A stretch of 64,000 bases of DNA from Eukaryota sp. GEM-RC1 (Eukaryota), in assembly GCA_040285855.1 (NCBI GenBank), contig JAUFOQ010000002.1, positions 3,224,001 to 3,288,000 of the forward strand, given 5' to 3'. The position numbers and the translations under genes were made by a program. Under the pieces are notes generated by a model. The model saw only the letters and a list, made by a program, of their open reading frames with translations. It was not told where the DNA came from and ran no database searches. Every line of letters starts with the position of its first letter. Position 1 is the stretch's first letter. This document shows, piece by piece, positions 51,741-63,450 of this stretch.

Positions 51741-52424
51741 TTATCCTTTACCCTGCACAGGTTGAACCTGTATATTCAAATCAAGAGTACTGCCGTGTCG
51801 TAAAACTTTAAAGAAGTTTGACTTGAGCAATGAAATTTGTTGGGCCAGATACATCATCGAGGGATATTCAATAAGTTTAATGCACTTCACTATAACATTT
51901 GGAAACAACGATTGAATATACCTTGATCCAACTCTCTCCCCTTCAGAATCTCCTACTGACACCAATTCAAAGGTAAAAGAAGGGTGAGCAGCAGCTAGCT
52001 CTGAGAAGATTGACTGGAAGCAGTTTTTCTTCCACTCAAATGGATCATTTGGATGTATATGCTCAAAAAGTGATCGTGCTGAAACTATTGGAATGTTTTC
52101 AAGTAGTGGATACAGTCTGGGGAAGAAGCGATGACACGACAGTTCTACCCAACCATTGGTAGAATTTGTGATTATGTAGACTGATGCCTGTGAAGAAAGA
52201 AGGGTCATGAACTCAATGACAGCATCTTCAAGTTTTTCCAAACTTTCAGTAACGTCTTGAGGAAACACGGAATGATCATAAGGCCTCAAATTGCGTTTCG
52301 ACAGAGCCGAAGAGGCTAGGAGAGTGTCATCCCAATCAAGAAAGATCACACGGGAGAAACCGTTTATACACAGGCAGGTCTTTCTGAGACAAATACATTC
52401 CTGATCAAGATCTAAAACGGGCAT
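51741..52424 (-). CDS. HAD-superfamily protein
   Basis: IFLDWDDTLL (motif I), IITNS..GWV, WKK..F and SVGDS..E. Confidence 0.8.
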   Translation of the reverse strand: MPVLDLDQECICLRKTCLCINGFSRVIFLDWDDTLLASSALSKRNLRPYDHSVFPQDVTESLEKLEDAVIEFMTLLSSQASVYIITNSTNGWVELSCHRFFPRLYPLLENIPIVSARSLFEHIHPNDPFEWKKNCFQSIFSELAAAHPSFTFELVSVGDSEGERVGSRYIQSLFPNVIVKCIKLIEYPSMMYLAQQISLLKSNFFKVLRHGSTLDLNIQVQPVQGKG

Positions 52425-52489
52425 TTAGAGTAGGGGGAGGTTCTTTGTGATCTTTTTAATTCTAAATGTAACTTGGCAAAGTGGAATCC

Positions 52490-53262
52490 ATTTCTACTTT
52501 ATAATTGTCGTTATTTTATTCATCTTCGTGCAGTAATTCATGATGGTGTACGTGATTCTTGTTATTCCATGTTTACAGCACATGGTTTCCACTCTAAAGT
52601 TGAACCAGTTTTGAATCAACTTTCAGAAAATGAATTTACTGATCAAAAAGAGGGGATCTCCAAACTTCGTGGCTTAAATCGAGTCAATCATTAATGGATT
52701 TTACTACAGTAGATGTATGTAACAAAACTTGTGTTAGTAGGATATTAGATTCTTCTTTTAATCCGCTAACAGCTGCTGAAAAGCTTAAACACTCTAAGTA
52801 TGACTCTCAAGTTGAAGAATTAAATCGAAACTCATATTCCAAATTTGTGTTTCAACCTTTTGCTGTTTCTCTTTTGGATCTATTAGTCCTGCTGGTGATC
52901 AATTCTTCAAGAATTTTGAAGGACTGTGTAAAGAAAAGAAGCGTCAGTTTAGAATGGTTGAATGGAAAAACCGTATAATGTTTTTCATATGTCGGAATAT
53001 GCCTTTCTATTTCTGTCGATTAATTGAGAAATTGTGAATTTTGTTTACGTCTTTAGATTTTAAGTATCTTTGAGAGATAAAACATAATTTTTATTGAGAA
53101 ATTGTACAAGTTTGGTGTGAAGGTTAATGTTGAAAGACGTAATAATTTACTATTTTACCGGGTGGTGATGAAGACGTTTGGATTTATTCTTAGTATTATT
53201 TGTTTGTTTTTGCGATTTCATAGTTTTGTAGGAAGGTTACCTTATTGGGTACCCAATAAAGT
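52490..53262 (+). mobile_element. 5'-truncated RLE retrotransposon
   Basis: NCRYF..IHDGVRD..HGFHSKVEP, MDFTTVD..AE..K and QPFAVS, ending AATAAAGTTT. Confidence 0.82.
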
Positions 53263-54599
53263 TTGTTGTTTTTTATGTACTATAGTGGCGCTTACACTAC
53301 CACTGCAATTACCATTATCTTGTACAATTTTCATTTCCATTTTACTAGTATAGTGACATTTCCACTTCCATTTCCATAATTTCAAAAATTCCGTCCATTT
53401 TCGCTTTCAGATGGAAACGGAAGTGGAAAATGTGGAAATCCATTTCACGTTGCCAAGTAAGTCTATTTAATGGATATGTGTATGTGTGTTTTTGACATCT
53501 GAATGTTCCTTTGTTTTCTCAAATCAAATATCATACAAGTTTTACCACTTATACCAATTGGAACTTAGTTTTTTTTGTGAATTTCTATTTTATTGACAAC
53601 ACCACTACAGTGTACATACATTGGAACTTAGTTACTTGAGAATGCTTCTACAAAGCGCAAGCATAAAACATAAATGAAAAAAGAACCACTTCTGCCTTTA
53701 GATTAGATTGACATACAAGTTAAAGGTCAAAATCATCTTTTTTCCTTTGAACCGAACAAGTTTCCCAATTTTGACTCACATTGGGTCATTTAGTCTAGAC
53801 TCACTTTGAATCATACAATCAATCATTACAATTGATTTCTTACTGGATCATGAACTTTACCTCTGAAAAGCCAATTTTTTCCAACAAGAGTAGCATGTAT
53901 TCAAAAAACTAAATGATCCTAATAATCAGCTTCCCCATGTTTTTAATCGTCCTTGTTCTATTAAAATTGTTCTTGTGACATCTTCTCAGCTCCAACTAAC
54001 TTTTTCTTGTGTATATCACCAGACTGAATTATGAGCTACACCAAAACTAAATTACGGTTCTTTTTCATTCCCTTTTCAAACTCCTTCTTACCTATTACTG
54101 TATTGATAGATCTTTTAATGTACAACTCATAATTGCGGCGAATATTTAGTTCAAACGCAGGCCACATTTCATACTGTGTAGTGTATTCAAAAGCTCTACT
54201 GATTTGATCAAAATCAAGTTCTGGTATTTGACATTGGCCAAGTTTATCAGTAACGCAGTGGTAGTTTGAGGCATTAGTATATATTCCTTCTCCAGCAACA
54301 AAATCTGCACCAATTGTTGTTATGGGATAATTATAGGGAATTTATTTAAATTTATGAACCTTAGATGAAAGATTTCTAATCGGACTACAATGTATGATAA
54401 CACAACTTGTAATCAAAACTTACGCGTAATTTAGACAAATCTGCACCAAAATGATAGCTAGCCAACAGGTATTGTTTAACAGGACTGTTGTAGAACTGAG
54501 ACCCCAAAAGCATAGCATCTTGAACTCCTTGATTTCTTATCACACTAACAACTGAAGTTTTAATGGAAGCCCATGATTGAAAACCAATTTTTTCTTTTG

Positions 54600-55060
54600 A
54601 AATAGAATCAACAATTTAAACGCCAGAATTGCATCATGAAGGCAGTAGTTAATGAGAGTTTTCATATTTTTTCATTTCTTAAACAATCAACTGGGAGTAA
54701 GTGATCACAAATATTTATCCAATTTCAATTTGGGCTCAGAAAGTAAATTTCAAGATAAATTGGCTAGATTACAACCATGTGTGAGACCAATACTAGTATG
54801 CTTCTTTACAAACAAGAAGGTATCCAAAACTGTAAAACCATTGTGATTTTTTATGATATCAACCCATCTGTAAAGGTAATTGAATTGGAGCTGGATTTGC
54901 CAACATGAGGAGGTCAAGAGTCCACATTCTATTGTCAATAATTGGCAAATCAAATTTGAAAATATTTTGTCCAATAAAAGCAATTGGTTTATATTGATTA
55001 ACAATATTAGCGTACGTAACCAACACTTCGTTTTCATTTGGAAAGTCCAAAAGATCGAAT
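54600..55060 (-). pseudogene. Decayed family-B DNA polymerase (3'-5' exonuclease domain)
   Basis: FPNENEVL..IGQNIFKFDLPII.R (ExoII), GFTVLDTF.FVKK and NYCLHDAILAFKL (ExoIII), in the correct order with frameshifts. Confidence 0.7.
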
Positions 55061-55405
55061 TAAAAAGCTGGTGTTTCTGATTCACTAGATTTGATTTTAT
55101 GTTTGTAGTCAGTGTAAAGAACCATTGAGTTGTCGAATTGTAATTCACCGTTGGATTGTAGTTTTGCGATAATGAGAAAGATCATGATGATTTGTTGTTT
55201 GCGAGAAGATCAAGGTCGTATTTTTATTTTTCAAAAGCGTTCCTTAAAGACACTCTCTGTTTCATAGAATCGTTTTTCCTTTTTACGCTGTTCATTCAAG
55301 TCTTTATTAACTTTTGTAGAAATTCGCTCATTTATATTTCTAGTTTCATTATCAATTAGTAGGAAGGGAGTCACCAACAACAGTATCAATTGTAATGTCA
55401 ATGAA

Positions 55406-55970
55406 AAAAAAACGCCGTTTATTTACTCTTACAAATACAAACTATCATCAATATTAACAAATGAGATACAAATACCTCTACATCATCTCAAATTCTTGTC
55501 TCAATGCAAAGAGACTGTTCAAAATCGAATCAAAATACCTAAACAGTGCTTTGAAAAGGGAAAACGACACCCTTCCTCCCAGTAACTTTCATTAAAATTC
55601 TTTCCATACTGCTTACACAATTTGCCAAAATCTGTGAGAAATTGTTGACCGAAGCAACCAAACGTTCCATATAGAGAAATAGCAAAAGGATGGAAAACAA
55701 AAGGATTGTGTCGGCTAGAATTCATCTTGGAAATTAATTCACCATAACGATTTAATTTTTTCCTTTCAGCAGTTTCAAGAGCTGAACAGTTTTTGTCTAA
55801 AATTTTGTTATCAGAAGTTGAGTTACAAGGATCAATCATAGTAAAGTCCATAAATATTTCTTGAGAGGACAGCCAAGGACCAATCAAATCACCTCTGCTC
55901 TTATCTCTCATAATTGAGTCAGACAAAATATTTGAAACTGGTTCGATTTTCCCATGAAAACCATTACTCT
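55406..55970 (-). mobile_element. 5'-truncated RLE retrotransposon with TSD and oligo(T) 3' end
   Basis: GFHGKIEP..SRGDL..DFTMIDP..AERKK. TSD TGTCAATGAA at 55396-55405 and 55971-55980. Confidence 0.9.
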
Positions 55971-56306
55971 TGTCAATGAATGGAATTCTTGATTCTTTTG
56001 CCTCTTTCCTTCAACAACCCTTAGAACCAAAACCCGAACCTGGACAGTCCTACTCTTCAACATACATGTAATTGATAAGCGGATTCTGAACCCCGTTAAT
56101 GTAAAATTCATGTGGGGATCTACTGATTAATAAACATTTGTCTGGGGTCAATGAAAAACCTATTGTTTCTTATATGTTAGCAACTTTCACAGCGACTTTT
56201 ACAACATATATATTATATACAAACATCAATATACTGTTTCTTCTGTACAAACATAATGGTGATGAGTATAATGCTGATGAGTATTAACTGACAAATTGTA
56301 AAAAGA

Positions 56307-56381
56307 GTTTCCGTGGTCTAGTTGGTTAGGATTTCTCAGTTACATTGAGACGGTCTCGGGTTCTGAACCCCGACGGGAACA
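56307..56381 (+). tRNA. tRNA-Val(TAC), second copy with a 1-nt T-loop insertion
   Basis: Identical to 47040-47113 except TTCTGAAC in the T loop. Confidence 0.8.
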
Positions 56382-56963
56382 TTTTTGTAGAATTATTTAG
56401 AAGATTAACATGCACATCGAGAATGTGCTCACTTGTTATAAGCTAGTAACTGATAATATAGAGAACGAACATGAAGTACAAATTCAAGATCATCGAAACA
56501 ACATTCATTGCACTTAAAAGAATATTTTACACAGTAATTTCAGTTTGCCAAAACTAACAAACTTCTTTTATTAGAAATATGACAATACATCATTCAATAC
56601 AAATGTCAATAGATTATAGTTCGAATATGGATATTTTAACCCGTTTTTTTGAATTTTTTTGAACATAATTGAACTGACGACAGTACATATTACAGTAGTG
56701 GTAGTAGTTTGATTGAATGGCCTCAAATATTCTAGTAAGTGATTGTAATCAAATTTGATTGAGAAACCCGAGTGATTACTTAAGAAGTAAACCTATCATA
56801 AATAAACACGTCTCTAAACAAATGGTCCTTATGAAGGGCTTTTCCTCTTTGTTACAGGAACAAACTAGCAAGAATGTTAAAAGATAATGTACATCACATG
56901 ATTGATGATTATAAACATCTCAAAAATTAAAATTTTCGAAGTCGTTGTTCAAAATAAGAGATT

Positions 56964-57647
56964 TCACTTAGGCAATCCATTTTTTCTTTTTCCTTCTTCA
57001 AAGATATCGCTTCCTCTTTTTTTTCTTTGATTCTCCTTAGCTAACGAGTCCATTTTTTTCCTATAACGGGAAGTCTTTGGTAGATAGCTGGGTGATGTGA
57101 CTTCATCTGTGGATAATGAAGACCGCGTCGTGTCCAAAGCGTGTTTTGAAACAATGGGCGAGCTCAGTGAATCTAACCGAGCAGAGCAAATAGAAAGAAT
57201 ATTATCATCAAGTTTCTTTGGAGATTTTCTAATGGTAAGAAGAGGCGAAGATATCGGTAGTCTACTAATGTCAGGAACAGGGGTGAAAAGGTGGGCAACT
57301 TCAGAAGGATATCGACAATGGGAATGTCTGGACCATGATGCAGAAGAACAAGGAGATGTGTGTGAACAAGGAGATGGGTGAGTGGCTGTGAGATTTGGAG
57401 AATCTATATGCTTCGTTGAAGTTTCTAAAGGTTGGATTCGAGATGTCGAGTACGGAGTTTTACAGTATTGCTCTAACTCCCTCCGCTGGAGAGTACGATC
57501 TTGTAGGCGAGATCGAATCTGATGTTTTCGTTGGACTCTAGCAGATGACGTTTGCAGTTCAGAATCCTTTTCTGTGAGAAGACGTTTTGTAAAGTTGTGT
57601 AGAAACCAAACATCAAGATCAGGATTTTCTAGTGAAGGTTGGGTCAT
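56964..57647 (-). CDS. Hypothetical protein
   Basis: 227-aa ATG-initiated ORF with gene-like base composition. No family recognised. Confidence 0.55.
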   Translation of the reverse strand: MTQPSLENPDLDVWFLHNFTKRLLTEKDSELQTSSARVQRKHQIRSRLQDRTLQRRELEQYCKTPYSTSRIQPLETSTKHIDSPNLTATHPSPCSHTSPCSSASWSRHSHCRYPSEVAHLFTPVPDISRLPISSPLLTIRKSPKKLDDNILSICSARLDSLSSPIVSKHALDTTRSSLSTDEVTSPSYLPKTSRYRKKMDSLAKENQRKKRGSDIFEEGKRKNGLPK

Positions 57648-58074
57648 TTGAAGGCAACTATTGTAGAGGAAATGGCGCCGAATTTGAGTTTGGGCAATTT
57701 TACCTCACTATTAAGCCCCAGCAATCGACTCGGTACTTGCTCAACAAACTAAACTCGAGTTTAGTCTGAATCTGAGCGTACTTCTAATTCTTCATGAGAA
57801 TGTCAGACTAACAATGTTTTTTACTTTATTAATTGCAAATTACTTCTTTTCCTTGTAGCGTCAGAGTGACACCAAGACACGTCACTATTTGTTTTATTTG
57901 GTAATTTTGACCCATGTTCACATCTTTCTCGACACTTTCCAATGAAACTTACAATATGAGAATAGTCTAGTTTTTGCACTTATCTTACTGTTTTTGTTTC
58001 ATAAACTTGACTTGTAGTATGATCCAATCTTCTTTGATGTAAAAGATCTCTAATGGAAAGATGTGAGAATAACC

Positions 58075-58490
58075 ACAATGTTAATATGACATCACCACGG
58101 CTATTTCCAAACGATTTGTCAACATCTGTATCATCAAACAAACCAGCCAGAACTGGTTCTAAAAAGGAGACTCTTCCATAAGATTTACACATATAATATA
58201 ATTGATCCCTTACAGAATTGTGAACCTTACTTCTAAAAAAAATACAACGGTTACAATTCTATAAATGTGTAGGTGTTACACATTGCACACATTGGCATTT
58301 CAAACAATGTGGAAGGTTATCAGGCCAAATATATGACCGTAAACGCATGTTTAATGACCAAGACTTATCATCAAGAAAACGACCGTAGACTTCAGTGATT
58401 TCAGTAATCACACATGAAGCAGAGCTATTTGAAACATCCAGTAAAATATTTGCAAAGCGTGATTATGTTCATTGGCCGTGTCAAGTCGAA
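58075..58490 (-). mobile_element. RLE retrotransposon fragment
   Basis: Inverted homologue of about 39010-39380 (FLEPVLAGLFDD..GNSRGD). Confidence 0.8.
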
Positions 58491-58961
58491 CATATATATA
58501 TTTGTTAAATTCAGTGACTCAATAGTCGAGTCTTAGTCGTAATTGACTATTGTAGTACTAGTAGAGCTATTCATGATTTGATGTCGAAAGCACTTTTAAC
58601 TTCTAGTAGTTGCTCGGACTCAGTGATCATTTTACTCGAGTAAAATGATCACATGTTTCAATAAAATGGTCCATATCACACTACAAAAATGATTAAAAGC
58701 AGAAAATCGATCATATTACTTGTTTCTATTCAGCATATTTCCTTCCCATTGTAGTATTTAAAGGGTTGAACATCATTGATTTGCCAATTCAAATACGATT
58801 ATGAGAAGTTATTCTTTTGTTAGGGAAAGTTAAAGTCATTAACTAATTTTAAACGTTGGATCTTGTGTTCAAAGAATCGTTTGGTCGTTTTTTTGAATGA
58901 TTGGTGTGGATATCCAATGTATATTACAAATTCATGTGGTGTTAATTGAGACAAACAAGGT

Positions 58962-59668
58962 TTATGCTCCATTTTTTAGACTCTGAAGAAATGTAAAGAC
59001 AATGGCGCTCGGATAAACGATAAGCCACTTTCGGCTTTCAGGTGCATTAGAAACTAACAAATTTGCACTGGAATAGGCAGCCCAACATACTCCAGCTACC
59101 GTGAGGACCAAGTCAAAGAATCCACCAGAAACGAGGACATTCAGCAGAGTTGTTATGATCATTGGTAACACCGAATAGCCAACCAAACCTAAAGTGGAAG
59201 AATATGATATTGAAGCTCCAAGAACACGACAGATAAAGTACATAAGAAATGATCTATAGTAAACGAAATGATGTAGTAAAAATACCCTAGAAACCACAGC
59301 AGAAAAGCCCACGTCATAGCTGAGAACTGTTTCCAGACACATAGAAAGCCGTACACAAAAATTAAGGCAAGAGGACCCCAAAAATCAGGTTTTTCTACAA
59401 GAATAGATCTATCCGATAGGGAATGTTGGAAGGGTAATAAAACGAAGCGTATCTTATGGTAGATGTCCTGAAGATCAATGTCAAGTTCTTCTAAAATCGG
59501 AGGCTGATCTTCTTCATTTGGGTCTGATGTGGGTTGTTCAAAGAGAAATTTCAAACCCCGCCCACGTAAGAAAGGTTTTGATTCTTCAGTTTTATTGACA
59601 GGCTCATCTTGGTCAATGATATCAAAGACATGGTCTAATTTGATGTCCTCGACAAACTGTTCAGTCAT
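58962..59668 (-). CDS. YIPF4: Yip1-domain protein; one intron
   Basis: PPILEELDIDLQDIYHKIRFVL, PDFWGPL and LGLVGYSVLP, with an intron at 59254-59285. Confidence 0.9.
59254..59285 (-). other. 32-nt spliceosomal intron
   Basis: GTATT...GTTTACTATAG. Removal gives WFLG|SFLMYFICRVLG. Confidence 0.9.
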
Positions 59669-59914
59669 AAAGGAGAAAGTGAAAGAAAGTGGATCCGAAA
59701 AATAGAAGTCCTGTTTGTTTCAACAACAATCACAACACAGCAAACTAATTGTGATACATTTACTCGAGGTCTACTATCAATTAATCAACATATGATAAGT
59801 TCCTGAAAATCTGCATTGCTTAAACTTAAATACGCCTTTTATCTACCATTTACCATCTAATTTTTTTCAAGTATTGAAACGTTTCCAGAGGATGGAATTA
59901 CTCTGCTGAATCCA

Positions 59915-61185
59915 GTAATTGTCAGCAGATTCAATCTGCTAAAGATTTGGTATCATCATTGTCCCCTGAATTGTGGGAATCTATGTTCCCTGTTCGCTTT
60001 AAGGAGACTCATTTAGACAATATTTCCTCTCTTAAATCTGCGATACACTGTAGTGTTATTGTCTATTACATTTAGAATAAATACTAAACGGAGCAAAAAA
60101 AAAATCTGCGATATGTAAACTGCAAAATAAGTTGACTAAGAAGTCAATTAGGAGGGTGGATGATCAATATGCGTCTTTGGTTGGCTATTAGGCCTGCAAA
60201 TTTATTCAACTTTTCAACTTGCTCTCGTAGTGTTAATGGTGTTTTTCGTCATTTTATTTAATTGTCGTTATTTTATTAATGTACGTTCAGATATTCATGA
60301 TGGTGTACGTGATTCTTGTTATTCCACGGTTAACGCACGTGATATTGACTCTAAAGTTGAACCAGTTTTGAATCACCTTTCAGAAAATGAATAAGCAGAA
60401 AAAAAAGAGGGGATACCCTTTGGCTCTAATCGAGACAATCAATCTTGTGTTAGTAGGATATTATATTCTTCTTTAAATACGTTAACAGCTGCGGAATACT
60501 CAAGCATTCCAAGTGTGATTCTCAAGTTAAAGAATAAAATCGAAAATCAAATTCCAAATTTGTGCTTCAACCTTTTGATGTTTCTCTGTTTGTGTCGATT
60601 AGTGCTACTGGTGCTCGATTTTTTAAGGATTTTGAAGAACTTTGTAAAGAAGAGAACGTAAGTTTAGAATGGCTGAATGGAAAACCCCATTGTGTTTTCC
60701 ATAAGGAATATACCTTTCTATTTCTCTCGGTTAGTTGAGACACTGCACAAGTTTGGTGTGAAGGTTAATGTCGAAAAACGTAAACTTTTATCGGATAGGG
60801 ATGAAGTCGTTTGGATTTAGTCTTAGTATTATGTGAAGAATTATTATTCGAAGAATTGTGTAAAGAAAAGTAGCGTAAGTTTAGAATGGCTGAATGGAAA
60901 AACCGTATAGTGTTTTCCATATATCGGAATATGCCTTTCTATTTCTCTAGATTAATTGAGAAATTGTACAAGTTTGGTGTGAAGGTTAATGTTGATAAAC
61001 GTAATCTTTTACAGAATGGTGGTGAAGTCGTTTGGATTTAATCTTAGTATTATTTGTTAGTTTTACAATTTCCTAGTTTTGTAGGAAGGTTACCTTATTG
61101 GGTGCCGAATAAAGTTTTCTCTTGTTACGTGTTATTGCAATTTATATTTTCGTAGGAAGGTTACCTTTTTGGGTACCGTATAAAG
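59915..61185 (+). mobile_element. RLE retrotransposon fragments with repeated 3' ends and a nested 56-bp poly(A)-tailed insertion
   Basis: Homologous to 52490-53262. The nested insert 60046-60101 is flanked by AAATCTGCGATA duplications. Confidence 0.82.
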
Positions 61186-61733
61186 TGTAATAACATGCTA
61201 CACATTCTAACCAACAGAACAAAACACACACAAAGACTATTTAAATACAACTTTGTTACTTGTTGTTTTCGTCTCTAAACTAAATCAGCTACATTGATAT
61301 CGCATACTTTTGTCAAATTAAATCGGTGTCGGAAAGAATGCTTTCGCAAACACCACATTTGAAGCACATTCAAATTTTACGGATACCCAGTACAGTGCCG
61401 TACAGTATTTTACGGTAGTGTACGGCAAATAGTGTACGGTACGCTACTTTTTGTGCATCACTGATTAAAGAGTCACCACAGTGTTTTCCTATTGTTGTAT
61501 TGATGATGACTAGTTTTCGCAAGACAGCAGTGTGCAATTAGAAATACTCTAATACATCTAATACAACGCCACCCCCAAACCCCAAAAAATTAGGGGTGGC
61601 ACTCCATTTGATTTATGATCTGTCCGTATTGGAACCTTGACGATAGCCATGTCAAGTACTAAATATTGATGCGTTGGATTGATTTAAATTGATTCTGTCA
61701 TATACATTGTACTACCAAAGTACATCTACCTCC

Positions 61734-62459
61734 ATGATGTTTCACACACTCTGTTCTTTTGTAGCGTCAACACTCATGTCACTAGGACTTTCTTCTGAAT
61801 GTTCTAACTTTCTCTTTGTGCATCTCAGCTTTGAGGATTTTCACTGTCTCAAAGAGCTTTTTCTTCTAGGACTTTCTCTCGGAATCATCGTCTTTTCATC
61901 TGTTTTGAAGATTCCGCAAATTGTCAAGTTGTTCAAGCAAGGAAGTGCCAAGGAGTTGTCACTGTTAAGTGTTGTTCTGGACATTGTGTGTTATACCATT
62001 GGAATATCATACTCTTTATTCAAAACCTTACCCTTTGCTGCCTTTGGGGAATCCATCCCTCTAATACTGCAATCACTTATCATCTTTCTTCTTGTACTTT
62101 GGTTTGAATATCAGACTGCTGTACCTACCATTATTGCTCTTCTTGCGGGAGTTTCGCTTACTCAGCTCATTTTATTCAGTGGAATTATTGGAGAACACAT
62201 TGTTCTTCTGCAAAAGTGTGTAATTCTGTTCGGAATAGTATCAAGAATTGTACAGTTGCGAAAACTTTTCAAAAGTAGGACAGCTCTTTCTATCAGTCTT
62301 TTGTCGGTATTTTTTATGTTTTTTGGAAATTTCATCCGATTCATCACGTTACTTTCGACTAAGGATTCTCTCATTATTGCTTCTAGTGGAACTGGGGTCA
62401 TTTTAAATGGGATGATATTCTTCACTTCGTTCCATTTTAGTAAGAACAAAATCGAATAA
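61734..62459 (+). CDS. MPDU1: PQ-loop protein, mannose-P-dolichol utilization defect 1-like
   Basis: LSLGII..SSVLKIPQIVKL..SAKELS, LPF.AFGE and GNFIRFIT. Confidence 0.85.
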   Translation: MMFHTLCSFVASTLMSLGLSSECSNFLFVHLSFEDFHCLKELFLLGLSLGIIVFSSVLKIPQIVKLFKQGSAKELSLLSVVLDIVCYTIGISYSLFKTLPFAAFGESIPLILQSLIIFLLVLWFEYQTAVPTIIALLAGVSLTQLILFSGIIGEHIVLLQKCVILFGIVSRIVQLRKLFKSRTALSISLLSVFFMFFGNFIRFITLLSTKDSLIIASSGTGVILNGMIFFTSFHFSKNKIE

Positions 62460-62744
62460 ACTTAGGGTAATCACAAAAAGTGGCAAATTCATTTAGATTC
62501 AGTTTATTCTTCGTAAATGAATCTTGTGTGCCAACACACAACACACTTGTTTTATACACACGATAGAAGAGACAATTCAGATGCCATTAAATATTGTCTG
62601 TTACAGCTGAGCCCCAGCTGTTGTAAACAATTGTTGTACCAGTTTTTGAACAGAAGAACCTTACTATAAGGATACCTTTAGGGGAATAAAGATTCCAGAG
62701 TTAGCAAAGTTGCAAATATTCAACAAAATGTATAAACAACAACA

Positions 62745-63450
62745 CTCTTTTGAAGAACTTTGTAAAGAAAGGAAGTGTAAGTTTGAAATATCTGAATACA
62801 AAAACCGGATTGTGTTTTCCATTTATAGGAATATGTTTTTCCATTTGGCTCATTTAGTGGAGAAACCTCACAAGTGTGTGTGAACGTTAGTGTTGAAAAC
62901 GTAATCTTTTACCGGATAGGGATGAAGTTGTTTGGATTTAGTCTGATTGTTATGTATATATATTATCAATTCATATGTTTGCAGGAAGGTTCCCTTTTGA
63001 GTACTGAGTAAACAATCACAACAACAGTAAAGTGTACGAACATGTATTAGTCAATATCCTCAAATTCCAAAGCGCCTATTTGGAAATTCTGACCAATCTT
63101 ATCCTCATAATGTCTGCCAAGAGATAATAAAGCAATAGAAACAGAAGTCACCATACCCCTAAAAATAGCAAACACAATTCGAGTTTTTCAAAATTTAAGA
63201 TCACAGTTTATTTGATCTCAATCTTTGTAGAACAGAAATACAACACGAAAAAAAAAGTGAGATGAGATCACTAACTAGAACGCAGTAACATTAAAGCAAC
63301 ATTCATTGCCATTGAATCTCACAGAAGATTTTTCATCTTAGATAGTACTGAGAGCTAAATGAGCTTTCGAGATCATAGCAGGAATTGATTTAAAGTTTGT
63401 AGTTTCCTTTTATTAGATGTATGTACACTGTAGCTTTGTTGTCAACAAAG
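62745..63450. mobile_element. Short 3' fragments of several RLE retrotransposon families
   Basis: Matches to 60630-61110 (plus), 39640-39780 (inverted) and 45480-45600. Confidence 0.7.

Noticed and set aside
61568..61600. Telomeric repeat seed (CCCCAAA) within GCCACCCC/GGGGTGGC
   Set aside because: Only about two units and an 8-bp stem, which is too short to support.
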